Shown here one piece after another: positions 39,947 through 51,899 of a stretch of DNA of 64,000 bases; the first letter of the stretch is position 1, and the number at the start of each line of letters is the position of its first letter. The notes below the pieces were generated by a model. It was given only the letters and a program-made list of their open reading frames with translations, ran no database searches and was not told where the DNA came from. Both the position numbers and the translations under genes were made by a program. Source of the DNA: Octopus vulgaris (lineage: Eukaryota); NCBI GenBank assembly GCA_951406725.2, contig OX597823.1:109306001-109370000 (forward strand), in the 5' to 3' direction.

Positions 39947-40198
39947 ATACAAATAAATGAAAGAATGGAGTTGAACGACGAATTAACATTATCGCTATGG
40001 GCTCCGTGTGGGCAGTCATCTAAAAGTTTTTGTGCATCTTGATGCTGACATAAGTTCCTTGTTTTTCCTGATGAGAAGGCGGCATAATGCACCCCTTATT
40101 CCTTCGAAATTCGGAATATGCAGCCTTCGAAACATATGTCGAAAATAAAGGAATTTTGTTAATTCGTCGTTCAACTCCATTCTTTCATTTATTTGTAT
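39947..40198 (+). mobile_element. About 250-bp non-coding foldback element containing a canonical HHR
   Basis: Perfect 42-bp inverted repeat at 39947-39988 and 40157-40198; (TA)n immediately upstream and again near 40347. Confidence 0.75.
40052..40156 (+). ncRNA. Canonical type I hammerhead ribozyme (GUC site, predicted cleavage after 40140)
   Basis: Stem I aagttcctt-gt-ttttc / gaaaa-ta-aaggaattt; CTGATGA at 40068-40074; stem II gaaggc/gccttc extended by gcata/tatgc; GAAA at 40129-40132; palindromic stem III ACATATGT; C17 at 40140. Confidence 0.9.
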
Positions 40199-40342
40199 TT
40201 AAAAAAACACACAAATTTCCACACGATAGCACGTGATCTCTGCCTTAGGCATGTAGCTTCAACCGTGTTTTTCTGACGTGAATTTGCTACCCAGGTATCG
40301 GTTACCGAATTATCCATAATAAGATAATTCATTCAACTACTC

Positions 40343-40401
<59 letters not shown>

Positions 40402-40838
40402 CCCGTCATCTTTTTATATAATGTTCAAGAAATGTCTGCCTAATATATTTATTTCTGAAAATCAAGATACTCTAGAGCTGAGGCGGGGCAGCATAATTTG
40501 GTTCTTCATTTTGAAACACCTCTAAGAATTAATTGTAATCTAATATGACCACAATAAAGAAACTTTTTTATTAAATATACGAGGAAAATGTAATTATATA
40601 TTTATTGTGAAAATGTAGCTATAAATATTAAAGTAGGAAATTAAAATGCAAATTTGTGGTTGATTGTGCCAATAATTTATAAGATTGTCTTTACTATATA
40701 TACACAGATGCGTGTGCATGTTTATCAGAGAATGAGTGTATTATGCAAATGTATAGATATATTTTGCTTGTGTGTGTGTGTGTGTGTACGTATGTATCTA
40801 TCTATCAATGTATCTATTTCTTTCTCTCTCTCTATATA

Positions 40839-40898
<60 letters not shown>

Positions 40899-40901
<3 letters not shown>

Positions 40902-42528
40902 TATTATAAAAGGCAGATTTTATCTGCCTCCCTTTGTAACTTATAGAAATCTACAATATAGGATTTCTTCAATTACAATTTACCTAGCATTTTTAAGAGT
41001 AGAATGCATCGGGTCATGCCAGGTCCAGTTTTTAAAATTTAAACTCCAATTAAGCAAAATTTACAAAAAACTCACATTCTGGTGTGTATGTCAAATGCTT
41101 TTCTTAATGTGGTTTACACCACACGCACACGCACACACACAGTGTGCAACGAATAAAATGAAAGTAAATAGCGACAGAGTGATTTGAGGAAGATTAAACT
41201 GAAAGTATTTAAACCACTACTCAAAAAATAAAAAAAACACAGCAAACAGAAACAAATAAATACATAACGATTTACTCCTCACACCATTTCTTCAATTAGA
41301 GTGTACCCATGATTTTTCAGAGTTCTTCAGTGGGTGATGCCATAAAACATTTCTTTCAATTTTACCACCAATTAAGACAAAATTCGAGAAAACTCAATAT
41401 TTTAACATTTCACTCCGAAAGCATTGATGTACATGTGTGCGTGCGTGAGTGTGTGTGTGTCATTCCTCACACACATGCATACACATACATATATGAGAGT
41501 GGCAAACACAAACGTTTCAAACAACTACATACAAACACGTGTGTGTTTGTTATTAGTAAAAAAGGCGCCAAAACACAACTCACTTATCATTCCAACACAT
41601 TTGCAAAGACACACGGACGGTGGAATTGCTATAACAATACGGAAAAGGTAAATTGGTTTTTATTTTACTCTGTATATATTTTATTATATAATATTATATA
41701 TAGATATATGTATATATAATTGCAGTATGAAACAGTGTTTATGTATAAACAGACGACACTTATATATAGTTATTATAATAAGAGATTAATAAATGTATGC
41801 ATCCGTTTAACCCTTTCGTTACCAAACCGCCCGAATTTACCTATTCATATTTAAATGAGAATATCAGAGTAAATCTCTTTAGTACATTCGTGAAAACACG
41901 TATTATACTTCGTAAACACTTCAACTACAGTTTTGTACAAAAATCAAAGTGTAATTTTAATTCCGTGAATTATGGGAGATTTTTTTCCGAAATTTGTTCC
42001 TATTGTGTTTTCAAAATTTGTAATTCTGACAAAAAATGGATACGAATTTCATTATATCAAGCAGCGAGTCAGAATTCGAAGGATTTTCTACTGAAGACCT
42101 TCATAAATCTAACTCTATGACTGAAAAAAAAAGCATCTTTATATAAGAGTGAAGTTGTGTGTCTGTCTCCTACGATTTAGATTCGTAACTACTCCCACAT
42201 TTTGCGGTGCAGTTTAACCAAAACCGGGTATCTTATAGTCGTGATTCATATCGAGCCCTTCTGGGTATTAGCGCGCGTCTACGATGAGTCTACGATTTAA
42301 AAAAAATTTACCATCATATTTTCCATTTTAATGCATTTTTTCGCTTTTATATAAGGGAAGTAACTCTCTAAAAATATCTACGATGTGTCAACGATTTAAA
42401 AAAAAAATTACCTTAATTTTTTTTCAATTTTTAATGCATTTTTTTGCTATTTTTTGGCTATAACTCTCTAAAAATGCTTATATAGTTATTTCCCTTACAA
42501 ACCGAGCAACGCCGGGCGATACTGCTAG
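40899..42528 (+). mobile_element. Composite non-autonomous Helitron (family H1) with internal 5' end at 42136
   Basis: A|TCttattataaaagg at 40899; ccgagcaacgccggg hairpin; CTAG|T at 42525-42529; homologous to 8244-9416. Confidence 0.85.
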
Positions 42529-42602
42529 TATATATATAAATTAGTGTATAATATATATCTATTATATAGATACACAGATAAATAGATAAATAGATACATA
42601 CA

Positions 42603-42654
<52 letters not shown>

Positions 42655-43724
42655 TACGCACGTACATAAGTATAGTTGTATGTGTATGTTTATTTCTGTT
42701 GAAAGAGTCTTGGTCTTGCGGTAATAAGAAAGAGAAATAAATATTAAGGGATATTATCTCAATTCAAAAGATGTTATGGATTTGTGTTCAGTAAGTGTTC
42801 ACAATGTATTCGGGAAATATTTAATCACTGTGTATACACACAGTGTGAATATAAGGATGCTTCCTTGGTGATCAACATTTATAAGGCGCCACCACGTGTA
42901 TAGAGGACAAAAAAGATGAAACGAAAGAATAATTGTGATGCTTCTGCCGGAGAGAATGCTTCAAAGACTCTGGACATAACGTTATTCCTAATGTATGCTA
43001 ATTCCAAGTTGGAAGAAAGTTTTAGCTCAAATATTTGCAGAATATAGTTTGTAAATATTGTTGAACTATGTAACAGGTTTGTTAGAGGAGAAAGCATTTA
43101 GAATTAATAGAAACCTTAGTTTATTTAAGGCAAGTGGGGCAAGAAAAAGAAAAAGAATACTAGAAGGTTTTCTTTCTATGTATAACGATACCAAGCGTAA
43201 AGTGTTTTTATTTGTGAGACAAAGTCAGGGCAAATTACTCTCCGTTTAGTATCACACATGGCGAAATCGGCAAGGTGTCAATGGGGAAAGTTGTATGAGA
43301 TCCATGAAAGTTAGAAGGTTAAAAGTTTATTCCAAATGATAGACGCATTCCAGTAATAGAAGAATATGTTGCAGAAATTGTATGAAGAATAAATAGTAAA
43401 TGGATCATAGGAAGGAAAATAGGAAAAATATTTTCTAGTTTTCAGGAATAGATTCTTAAATATTGCATCAATATTGTAAGATGTCATAACAAATATTCTT
43501 ACGTAAGTTGTGTATTCGCATGCAAAATATTACCAGGAGTTTCAATAAAAAATTACCACCAGAAAATCGGTAATGACTGATGGAATGATGAGCTGTTTCT
43601 ACTTTCAATATCATTGTGGTTTGACTTGATTGCGTATGTTATTTATAAAGCGAGACAAAAATTATGGTATCATTGTAGACTCTAACACAAATCTACCGCT
43701 GATGCAGCTGCTACTACTCTTACA

Positions 43725-43760
43725 ATAACAACAATAACAACAACAACAACAACAACAACA

Positions 43761-43848
<88 letters not shown>

Positions 43849-43873
43849 CTGCTGCTGGTGTTGCTGCTGCTGC
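43725..43873. repeat. Compound (AAC)n(ACT)n(GCT)n microsatellite
   Basis: Direct inspection. Confidence 0.95.
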
Positions 43874-44187
43874 CCCCTTTGTTTTTACCTCGTTTGTAAT
43901 TCGTTGGTTAATCCTTGCCGCATTATCACGTTAGTTCGACCTGAAAATAGTCATGGGTAGATCTGTGCACCCTATACTCAGTCACTTCTAACGCATTTCC
44001 ACGAAGGAATAAATATTCAGTTGTTCAAACAAATGAGTATTTGTTTGCCGAGACTGGCGGTGAGTTTACCAGTCTATACGAATAGATTAGTTGTTGTTCA
44101 GAGTTCAAACGTCTTTGACCAACGGTCGATCAGATGAATGCTACTGTCAAATATCAACAATAGCAGAAACAGCAAAACTCACTCACA

Positions 44188-44552
44188 TCTATATATATAA
44201 ACGGCAAAATGTCTGTCTGTGTGTGTGTCCTTTATACAAATCTACAATTTTTCAGTTAGAGGGCTCGCACTTACTATGGTCAATTAAAACCGTCCAAGGG
44301 TGGTCGTGCACATCTTTATATTTCCCAGTTACCCCGCAAAAGTCATTTAAAAATCAATAGAAGTGACATTTTGTAAATTTTCTATCCAAAACCCAATCCT
44401 AATGCTCGAAACTTGATACGCCAATCGAATGCCAGCTAGCTGTATGTGATTGATCGGAGATTTGTACAGTACTCGCGTGTATGTGCGCACGCACGCAGCT
44501 GTATATGCATGCACTAACACTATGACCCGGCATTGCTGGGTCATAATGCTAA
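44188..44552 (+). mobile_element. Non-autonomous Helitron (family H2)
   Basis: A|TCTATATATATAAACGG 5' end; hairpin tatgacccggc-att-gctgggtcata; CTAA|T 3' end. Confidence 0.88.
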
Positions 44553-45087
44553 TCACAAATAAATCGTCATTACTTTCAGGGTTGAATTGTGAAGCAAAAG
44601 CAGAAAGGAAAACAAGCAGCAGTCATTTTAATGTATATCGTGATATAAAGATTAAAAAAAAACAACAAAGATTTTTAAAATGTTTTTAGTAGGATTAAAG
44701 TCGCTTGATAGATAAATAATTAGATTAGTACTTACAAAACTATAAACTGCTTCTGATACAATTAGAACGTTTGCAGTTTGTTCAATGCAGGTCATCAAGT
44801 ACAAAGTTAATGCACAGGATGATATAGATCAGTCGTTGTTGTTTGTTGTTGTTGTTCTGGTTGTTATTGTTTGTTTAGCTGCTGGTCAGTTGTGGTAGAA
44901 TAAGCATCATCAGTCTCTTCGACCATGATCATGTTTTCTTTTCAAGGTTATATATTAATGCATCATTTAACGGACTTTTTTTTTTCATTTCTTGAGATCC
45001 CTGGTGTGGTTCGATTGATACTTCTAGAAGTTTGAACAACCACGCAAAGGCTTTCTTGCTGGTTCCAGTAACAAGCTCTTATCTATT

Positions 45088-45945
45088 TGATATAAGATAT
45101 GTACCCCTAAATGATATTGATAAATGAAATGAACTATTAAGCAATTGATAAATGATATGTATACCGAAGGCACTGATAAGACATGTAACCCGAACGTATT
45201 GATAAAGAATCTTTATAAGTCACCTGTAGTTATTGATAAGAAATATGTGCCCTTCCGTTATTGTTGAAGGATATGTACAGTATGTACTTTGAAGGTAATA
45301 CTAACCGATATATACCCTGAAGGCGGCGATATTTACCCGAAGGCTGCGAGCTGGCAGAAACGTTAGCACGCCGGGCGAAATGCTTAGCAGTATTTTGGCT
45401 GCCGCTACGCTCTGAGTTCAAATTCCGCCGAGGTCTACTTTGCCTTTCATCCTTTCGGGGGCGATTAAAATGTACCAGTTACGTACTGGGTTCTATATAA
45501 AGGACTTAATCCGTTTGTCTGTCCTTGTTTGTCTCCTCTGTGTTTAGCCCCTTCTGGGTAGTAAAGAAATAGGTATTTCGTCTGTCGCTACGTTCTTAGT
45601 TCAAATTCCGCCGAGGTCGACTTTGCCTTTCATCCTTTCAGGGTCGATTAAATAAGTACAAGTTACGCACTGGGTTCGATATAATCGACTTAATTCGTTT
45701 GTTTGTCCTTGTTTGTCCTCTCTGTGCTTAGAGCCTTGTGGGTAGTAAAGAAATAGATATATACCCTGAGACTATTCATATACGTAATATACCAAGAAGG
45801 TATTGATACAAGATATGTACAGTGATGGCACTGATAAAAGATAAGCACCTTGATCTTATGGATAAAGGCTATGTGTCGAAAAGTAATTACCAAGTGATAT
45901 ATGCCTTGAAGAAAGGATATGTGCACTGACGTTATTGATGTTATC
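45088..45945. repeat. Degenerate minisatellite of about 26-30 bp (gatatgtaccngaaggyattgataa) interrupted by a SINE
   Basis: Many recognisable units on both sides of the SINE at 45342-45754. Confidence 0.7.
45342..45754 (+). mobile_element. SINE family A dimer with 14-bp TSD
   Basis: TSD gatatataccctga at 45307-45320 and 45756-45769; dimer junction near 45572. Confidence 0.9.
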
Positions 45946-46164
45946 AAGGGAATATTGTGTTTAAAATGAGTCAAGATCTATAATGGTTAGTATCCTTCTA
46001 TAAGACTGTATCTGCATAGAGGGCAAAAAGGTTTGGAGAGAAGTGCTGGAAACGTGACTACAGGCGAATACTTTTTGCGAAGCAGAGACATTTTTACAAG
46101 CTTATTCAAATACTAATATTGAATAATCGAAACGATTATTACTGGAAAACAAAGCAGAAGCAGC

Positions 46165-46211
<47 letters not shown>

Positions 46212-46324
46212 ACAAACAAATATAAATATGTATGTTTAGTGTTGACTGTCGGGAAAAATATTTACTCAATACCATAGTAGAAATTAATATATTTTTTTTG
46301 GTCGAGTCAGTCGACCAAAATAAA

Positions 46325-46375
<51 letters not shown>

Positions 46376-46419
46376 CATGTGTGCGCGTGTGTGTTGATAT
46401 AAAAGACAAAGAATGAGCC

Positions 46420-46870
46420 TGGTTGTTGCTTATCTGCAGGTCAGAATTACTCTTCCGATCTATATTCAAATTGTTCAAATTCTTGATTTTGAATTCCGTT
46501 ATTAAATAGGCCTTTATTTTAAGACACTCCTCCGAGATTTGCGTAGGTTTTGACATCTTTTTCTACTCGAAAGCATGTGTAATGCATCATTATGCATTAA
46601 TGTGTTAGAAGACAAAACATCTCCTGACAGCCTATCAACATAACACTTCCAATTTTTGCCGAATTCAATCCTAAGAGATACAGGTCAGCTCTTGTCTGTT
46701 CTGCATTCTTGGTAATATCATTCGATAGGTCTTGTTTTACAAAGCGATTAATTTTAATTTTTTACTGTTTCAATCTGAGAATAAGCTTTCACGACTTTAG
46801 CTTGAACTGTATGAAAACATATGGCTCCTGTATACGGCTGTAAGACAAATATGGAATTCTGTCTAAACAG
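46420..46870 (-). mobile_element. Decayed RLE-LINE RT thumb fragment
   Basis: Weak similarity in minus-strand frames (GGL-like region; KIKINRF..R); heavily decayed. Confidence 0.4.
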
Positions 46871-48199
46871 CTATACATACCTCACCCCTATTTATGGAAC
46901 TAAGTAGGTGCACATATACCCCATCATCCACCCACCCACACAGACACACGCACGCACACATACATACACACACACATATATATATATATGGGAGTGGTGT
47001 ATAGACACATATGTGAATATATATATATATGCCTGTGTATACGTGTGAATGTATGTATAATTAATATTAATTTTAGTTCGTAATTTAGGAACACTAAGGT
47101 CGTTGTATACAGTCAATATGCTAAACAACTGATTTAATTGCTATACGACAGAATGTTATATCTACGCTAATATATATTTTGACGAAGCATGGCGCATGAT
47201 TCTGTGATAGTTTCCCTAGAAAAACAGCGGGTTCTACTTCAATTATTTTGTTATCCATTTAGCTAACATTAGAAAATATATGAAGTTGTACAAACCCATG
47301 TAACGAGAATATGCAAACGTCCGCAGTTAACGTGTAAACGTGACTGGTGGAATCTTCTATAACCAAAATAGAACCCAATGACCTGCTATCACCATGGAAA
47401 TTTCAATTGAACATATTCTTGATAGTAAAACGGGCGTCTGATGCTGTAAGTCAAGAAACTTTAACATAATTCATGTTACATGGTGATGAGTATAATCTTC
47501 AGCGTGTAACCGATATTCTTGTTCTTTGATCAACACTTAGACCCGTATTTTCAATTCTTACTTAGAAGTGGTAGGAAATAGCGAGACAGACGCACAGACA
47601 GCTTGTGGCACCGATTTTACTCATGCAACGCCGACATTTGCATACTACATATTTTGCTTCATCAAATAATATGTAGACATAATGGTTTCTTGGCTCCAAT
47701 ATCGTTTATCTTTGTCCGTAATTTTTCTTTAAACAATATTATTTCCTTATACGTCTTTTCATTTTATATTTATTTAGTTATATTCTTTATCCCAGACATT
47801 TCTTTAGCGTTAGTTATTATTATTTTTTATCTTGTTTTGCTTTGTTTTTGCAACTTTTCATTTTTCTGATATTGATTTAAATGTCGAAAAGTATAGCAGT
47901 AACAACAACCACAAGAATAGCAAAGCAGCCGCATGAATTATGCGTATATTTGTTGTTATTGTGTATGTGTGTGTATTTGTATAGGTATATTACATTAACC
48001 CTAGTGTTCAACTGGTGCTTATTTTATCAACCCTGAAGTCAACCCCGGCTCAAATACACGTTGCACGTCTGTGGTTACTGAACTCGCATACAAACTTTAA
48101 CGACCTCAAGTGTTCTTCAATTTCCACCTAAGTACCAAGCTCCTCGACTTTATTATTATAAATAGGATCAATAGTGAGATTGATAACGTCCATATATCA

Positions 48200-49150
48200 C
48201 CACAATAAAATACTCAGAACAAGTACATCGTAAAGAAACCTTTCAAAACCATCCTCCCTACCAAGATAACATGATTAACCGTTCTTCGAAAATAAATTAA
48301 ACGAACTGCATCATTGATTTTCCTCCTAGTAAAACTGTGATCACGGTAGCTTGTATAAATGGAGATAACCTAGAAGACTTTATCAGGAAGCAACGTAACT
48401 TATTTAACCTTATCAGATCAGTAGATTTTAATGTGGTACCCATCAGTGAGATTAGGATTTTCGATGTGCATCTTCTCGCGACCACGCAGTTCACGCATTT
48501 ATCAAACTGCCTAGTTATGCAAATTTGTTTTAGAAAGGTATGGCTCTCGATATATGAGCAACCTTCTTACCCGCGACTTTTAATCGAGAGTCCTTGATGG
48601 GAACAACAGCTAAGTGATCCTCCAGAATTGTGGGAATGAGTCCAGTAATCTTCAGGAGTCTTGAGTCCTCGTTGAAACCGTTCATCCTCCAGTATATTAG
48701 ATACTTATTCTGACTGTATGGGAATATCAGATAAGAAACGAAGATATAGTGTCTGGCGAAACTGCTCAGACTGGTTCAACTGCATGAGGTAGCCACAAGA
48801 TTTCCAAAATATTCCAAAGTGAACATAAACCATACACAATGGTCCACTCAAATTGTATCAGAATATTTGTATGGTACTTGCTAAATAAGCTGATAAGGAT
48901 AGCTGTATCTACAACTTCAGTTGGCCAGTTGCACAAGCTACAAGGACAAGCCTTTTAAAAGCTGAAGTAGTGGCCTCCAACGAATAGTTTACTGTGACAG
49001 GAACTCTCTAAAGTGATTCATTAGTGCAGACTTCTTAAGGTAGAGAAGAGAAGTAATGATGAAAAACAATGTCCATAGTGAGATGAGAGATTTCCATCAC
49101 GATGAAAAAAGAAGTTTTCATAGGGAAACTTTCCAATTAAAATAATTAAA
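48200..49150 (-). mobile_element. Decayed R4/Dong-like LINE fragment (RT C-terminus to zinc knuckle)
   Basis: Minus-strand RHYIFVSYLIFPYS, GGSL, and LIRLNKLRCFLIKSS..FIQATVIT remnants; broken by frameshifts. Confidence 0.5.
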
Positions 49151-49291
49151 TTACGGAGATGTACTTGCATAGCTAGTGACTTGATCTGAGATTGTGTGCT
49201 GGAACGAAAACAATTGCAGCGTGGAAGGTGTTTATAAGCCATCTAAGAAACACACAAAAACCGTTAGATTCACTTCAACATTTAAATTTAA

Positions 49292-49342
49292 TTTGTCAAA
49301 ATATTTTCGTCGCTTTGAGCCCACGACCTGTTCACTGACAAA
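49292..49342 (-). ncRNA. Minimal type I hammerhead ribozyme, G3:C8 core variant
   Basis: Minus: TTTGTCA-GTGAACA-g[gtcg tgggctcaaag cgac]-GAAA-ATAT-TT-TGACAAA; 7-bp stem I, 4-bp stem II, palindromic loop III. Confidence 0.72.
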
Positions 49343-49430
49343 GCTTCGTGCTTAAATTATTTCTTAACATTCGAAAATTATTTCTTAACATTCGAAAATG
49401 TTAAACACATATATTCATATTCATATTATT

Positions 49431-49967
49431 AAGTGAGAGAGCAGTGCACACAATCCATGTAACACTAAACTAAAATATACTTGTCATGACTACTCGTCTG
49501 CTAAGCGTCCAACAGGCACATGCATCAGAACCATATGTGCACGACAGACTGATCTCATATCAGGATAAACAGCGCATGACCTTGCAGGTGACGCCCAGTT
49601 AGAATTTTCTTTAGGTCGAGTAGCCCATTCTGCTCAAAAGGTCCCTGAATAAGGGTTATTTAAGGAACGAAACGTCCATGGGTTCAGACGTGAATTATTC
49701 AAACCCAAATGACTTCCCGTCAACACATGATTATGATGCTTCCCCCAATACTTCTGCTCATGATCAGAGATGTACATATCGTCAGCCACCAAAAGACATG
49801 CTCAACTGGTTAATATCAAACAACTGACACGCAAATCAGTGGATATTGAGCAGAATATTTGCTGAAGTCCATATTTTATATCACGACAAAACGTATACAT
49901 GAAAACACTTTCAAACAGTTAAGATCAGGAGCCATGAGAGCCGGTCGCTGGTACTGCATCAAGGCAA
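49431..49967 (-). mobile_element. About 540-bp non-coding retroposon with TAA-type tail, flanked by TAA repeats
   Basis: Shares its 3' end with 3314-3468; no ORF; adjoins (TTA)n/(GTT)n at 49968-50130. Confidence 0.65.
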
Positions 49968-50001
49968 TTATTTATTTATATATTCATTATTATTATTATT
50001 A

Positions 50002-50040
<39 letters not shown>

Positions 50041-50055
50041 CTGCTGTTGATGTTG

Positions 50056-50130
<75 letters not shown>

Positions 50131-50131
<1 letters not shown>

Positions 50132-50551
50132 TTTTAATTTGCATGTTTGTTATAATCACTTGCTGAGATACACCCAGCGTCGTAGGACGTGTAAAGGGTA
50201 AAGGATATTACAGTATGACTGAAAGCTTGGGGAGACGAGGTGGCAGGGGCAGTAACGAAATATCTTCATGTAATACAAAAACAGACAATTAAATTGATAG
50301 GGATTTTCTGAGGAAGTGGGCAGTAATTGTTAGCACAATATTTTGGATTTCTCTGAAACACGGTTCTCCTGGGATATCATCTTATGTTTTTGACATCCCT
50401 TTCTTATCATACCTAGGGTACCCACAATAACAGAAACACTTCTCATTTTAAGATGCCACATCTTTTGTATTTCAATTTTCAGCTCATATTTACTTAATTT
50501 GTCAAATTACTTTATAGATATATTTTTATCAGTGGGAACACTTACATCTAT
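50131..50551 (-). mobile_element. 3' end of an R4/Dong-like LINE: RLE endonuclease C-terminus, 3' UTR and (TAA)n tail
   Basis: IDVSVPTDKNISIK*FDKLSKYELKIEIQKMWHLKMRSVSVIVGTLGMIRK...EIQNIVLTITAHFLRKSLSI* (stop at 50289-50291), then about 160 bp of UTR and TAA repeats. Confidence 0.88.
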
Positions 50552-51277
50552 AAAGTGCCACGCAGTGGGACCGAACCCGGAGCCATGAGGTTCGTAAGGA
50601 AGCTACTTACTTCACAGCCACTCCTGTACTAATTGAGCACTAGGGTCGATGTAACAAACTTGCCTACTCCCTCAAAATGTTGGTGATTTGCCATAATTTT
50701 AAGCTATTATTAAAACAAACACAACTGCCAATACCACCACCACCACCATCATCATCATCACCGTCATCATTCTCATCCTCCTCATCATCTTCTTCATCAT
50801 CATCGCCACCATCATACTGATCATAATGACTCAGTGTCCTGGAGGCATGTATTTCGAGACGTTTCAGCCATTGAAAATTATGTTGTGTCCCAGGACTAAA
50901 TTCGTTTATTTTTTTATTTTTGTATCATTTATTATTTGTATATTTTTACTTGAATAAAACAAGAAGTTTTAATGGAATAACAGTAAGCAAAAATTATCAA
51001 CAAAGAAAAAGTTAACTAAGAATAAATATGAAAAAATAAATTAATAAATTGAAAGAAGCAGATTATTTCAAAGAAAAGCGTATAACACGTCACCAGTTCT
51101 ATCTTTTACAGTTATTTCATTGCTTTGCGTCTGTCTGATATTTTAAAATGGAAGCAAAATGCATCAATTTCGCATTTAGTTTTTTTTTATCATATTTGTA
51201 ATCTAGTGAAATTAATCTGATATTTATTCAGTGAGACATTTTGAATTTTAGCACCACCGACCGCCACCGTCACAAAA

Positions 51278-51690
<413 letters not shown>

Positions 51691-51899
51691 CGTTGCTTGC
51701 CTCAAGAACAGCAAGAGATCTACAAAGTTGGTGCAATAATGGTCGTTGCTGCGCTTTGCATGTTGTTCTTTCTTGTAACTGTTGTAGCTCTCTGAGTTGT
51801 GGCTGTAGTTGTTGGTGGTGTTGAGGTAATGGTATTGGCAGTAGTGGAGACCTTCTTCAGTTGCCATTGCTTTCGTTGTTCTTCTGGGAGGCAGGCAAC

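Noticed and set aside
42740-43430. Possible CR1/L2-like LINE C-terminal remnant on the minus strand (LILNAFSSNKP..IYKLY; SIIWNKL)
   Set aside because: Motifs are weak and not in the expected order; no confident call
45088-45945. CRISPR-like repeat-spacer array
   Set aside because: Units are degenerate tandem repeats without unique spacers; eukaryotic context with no cas genes
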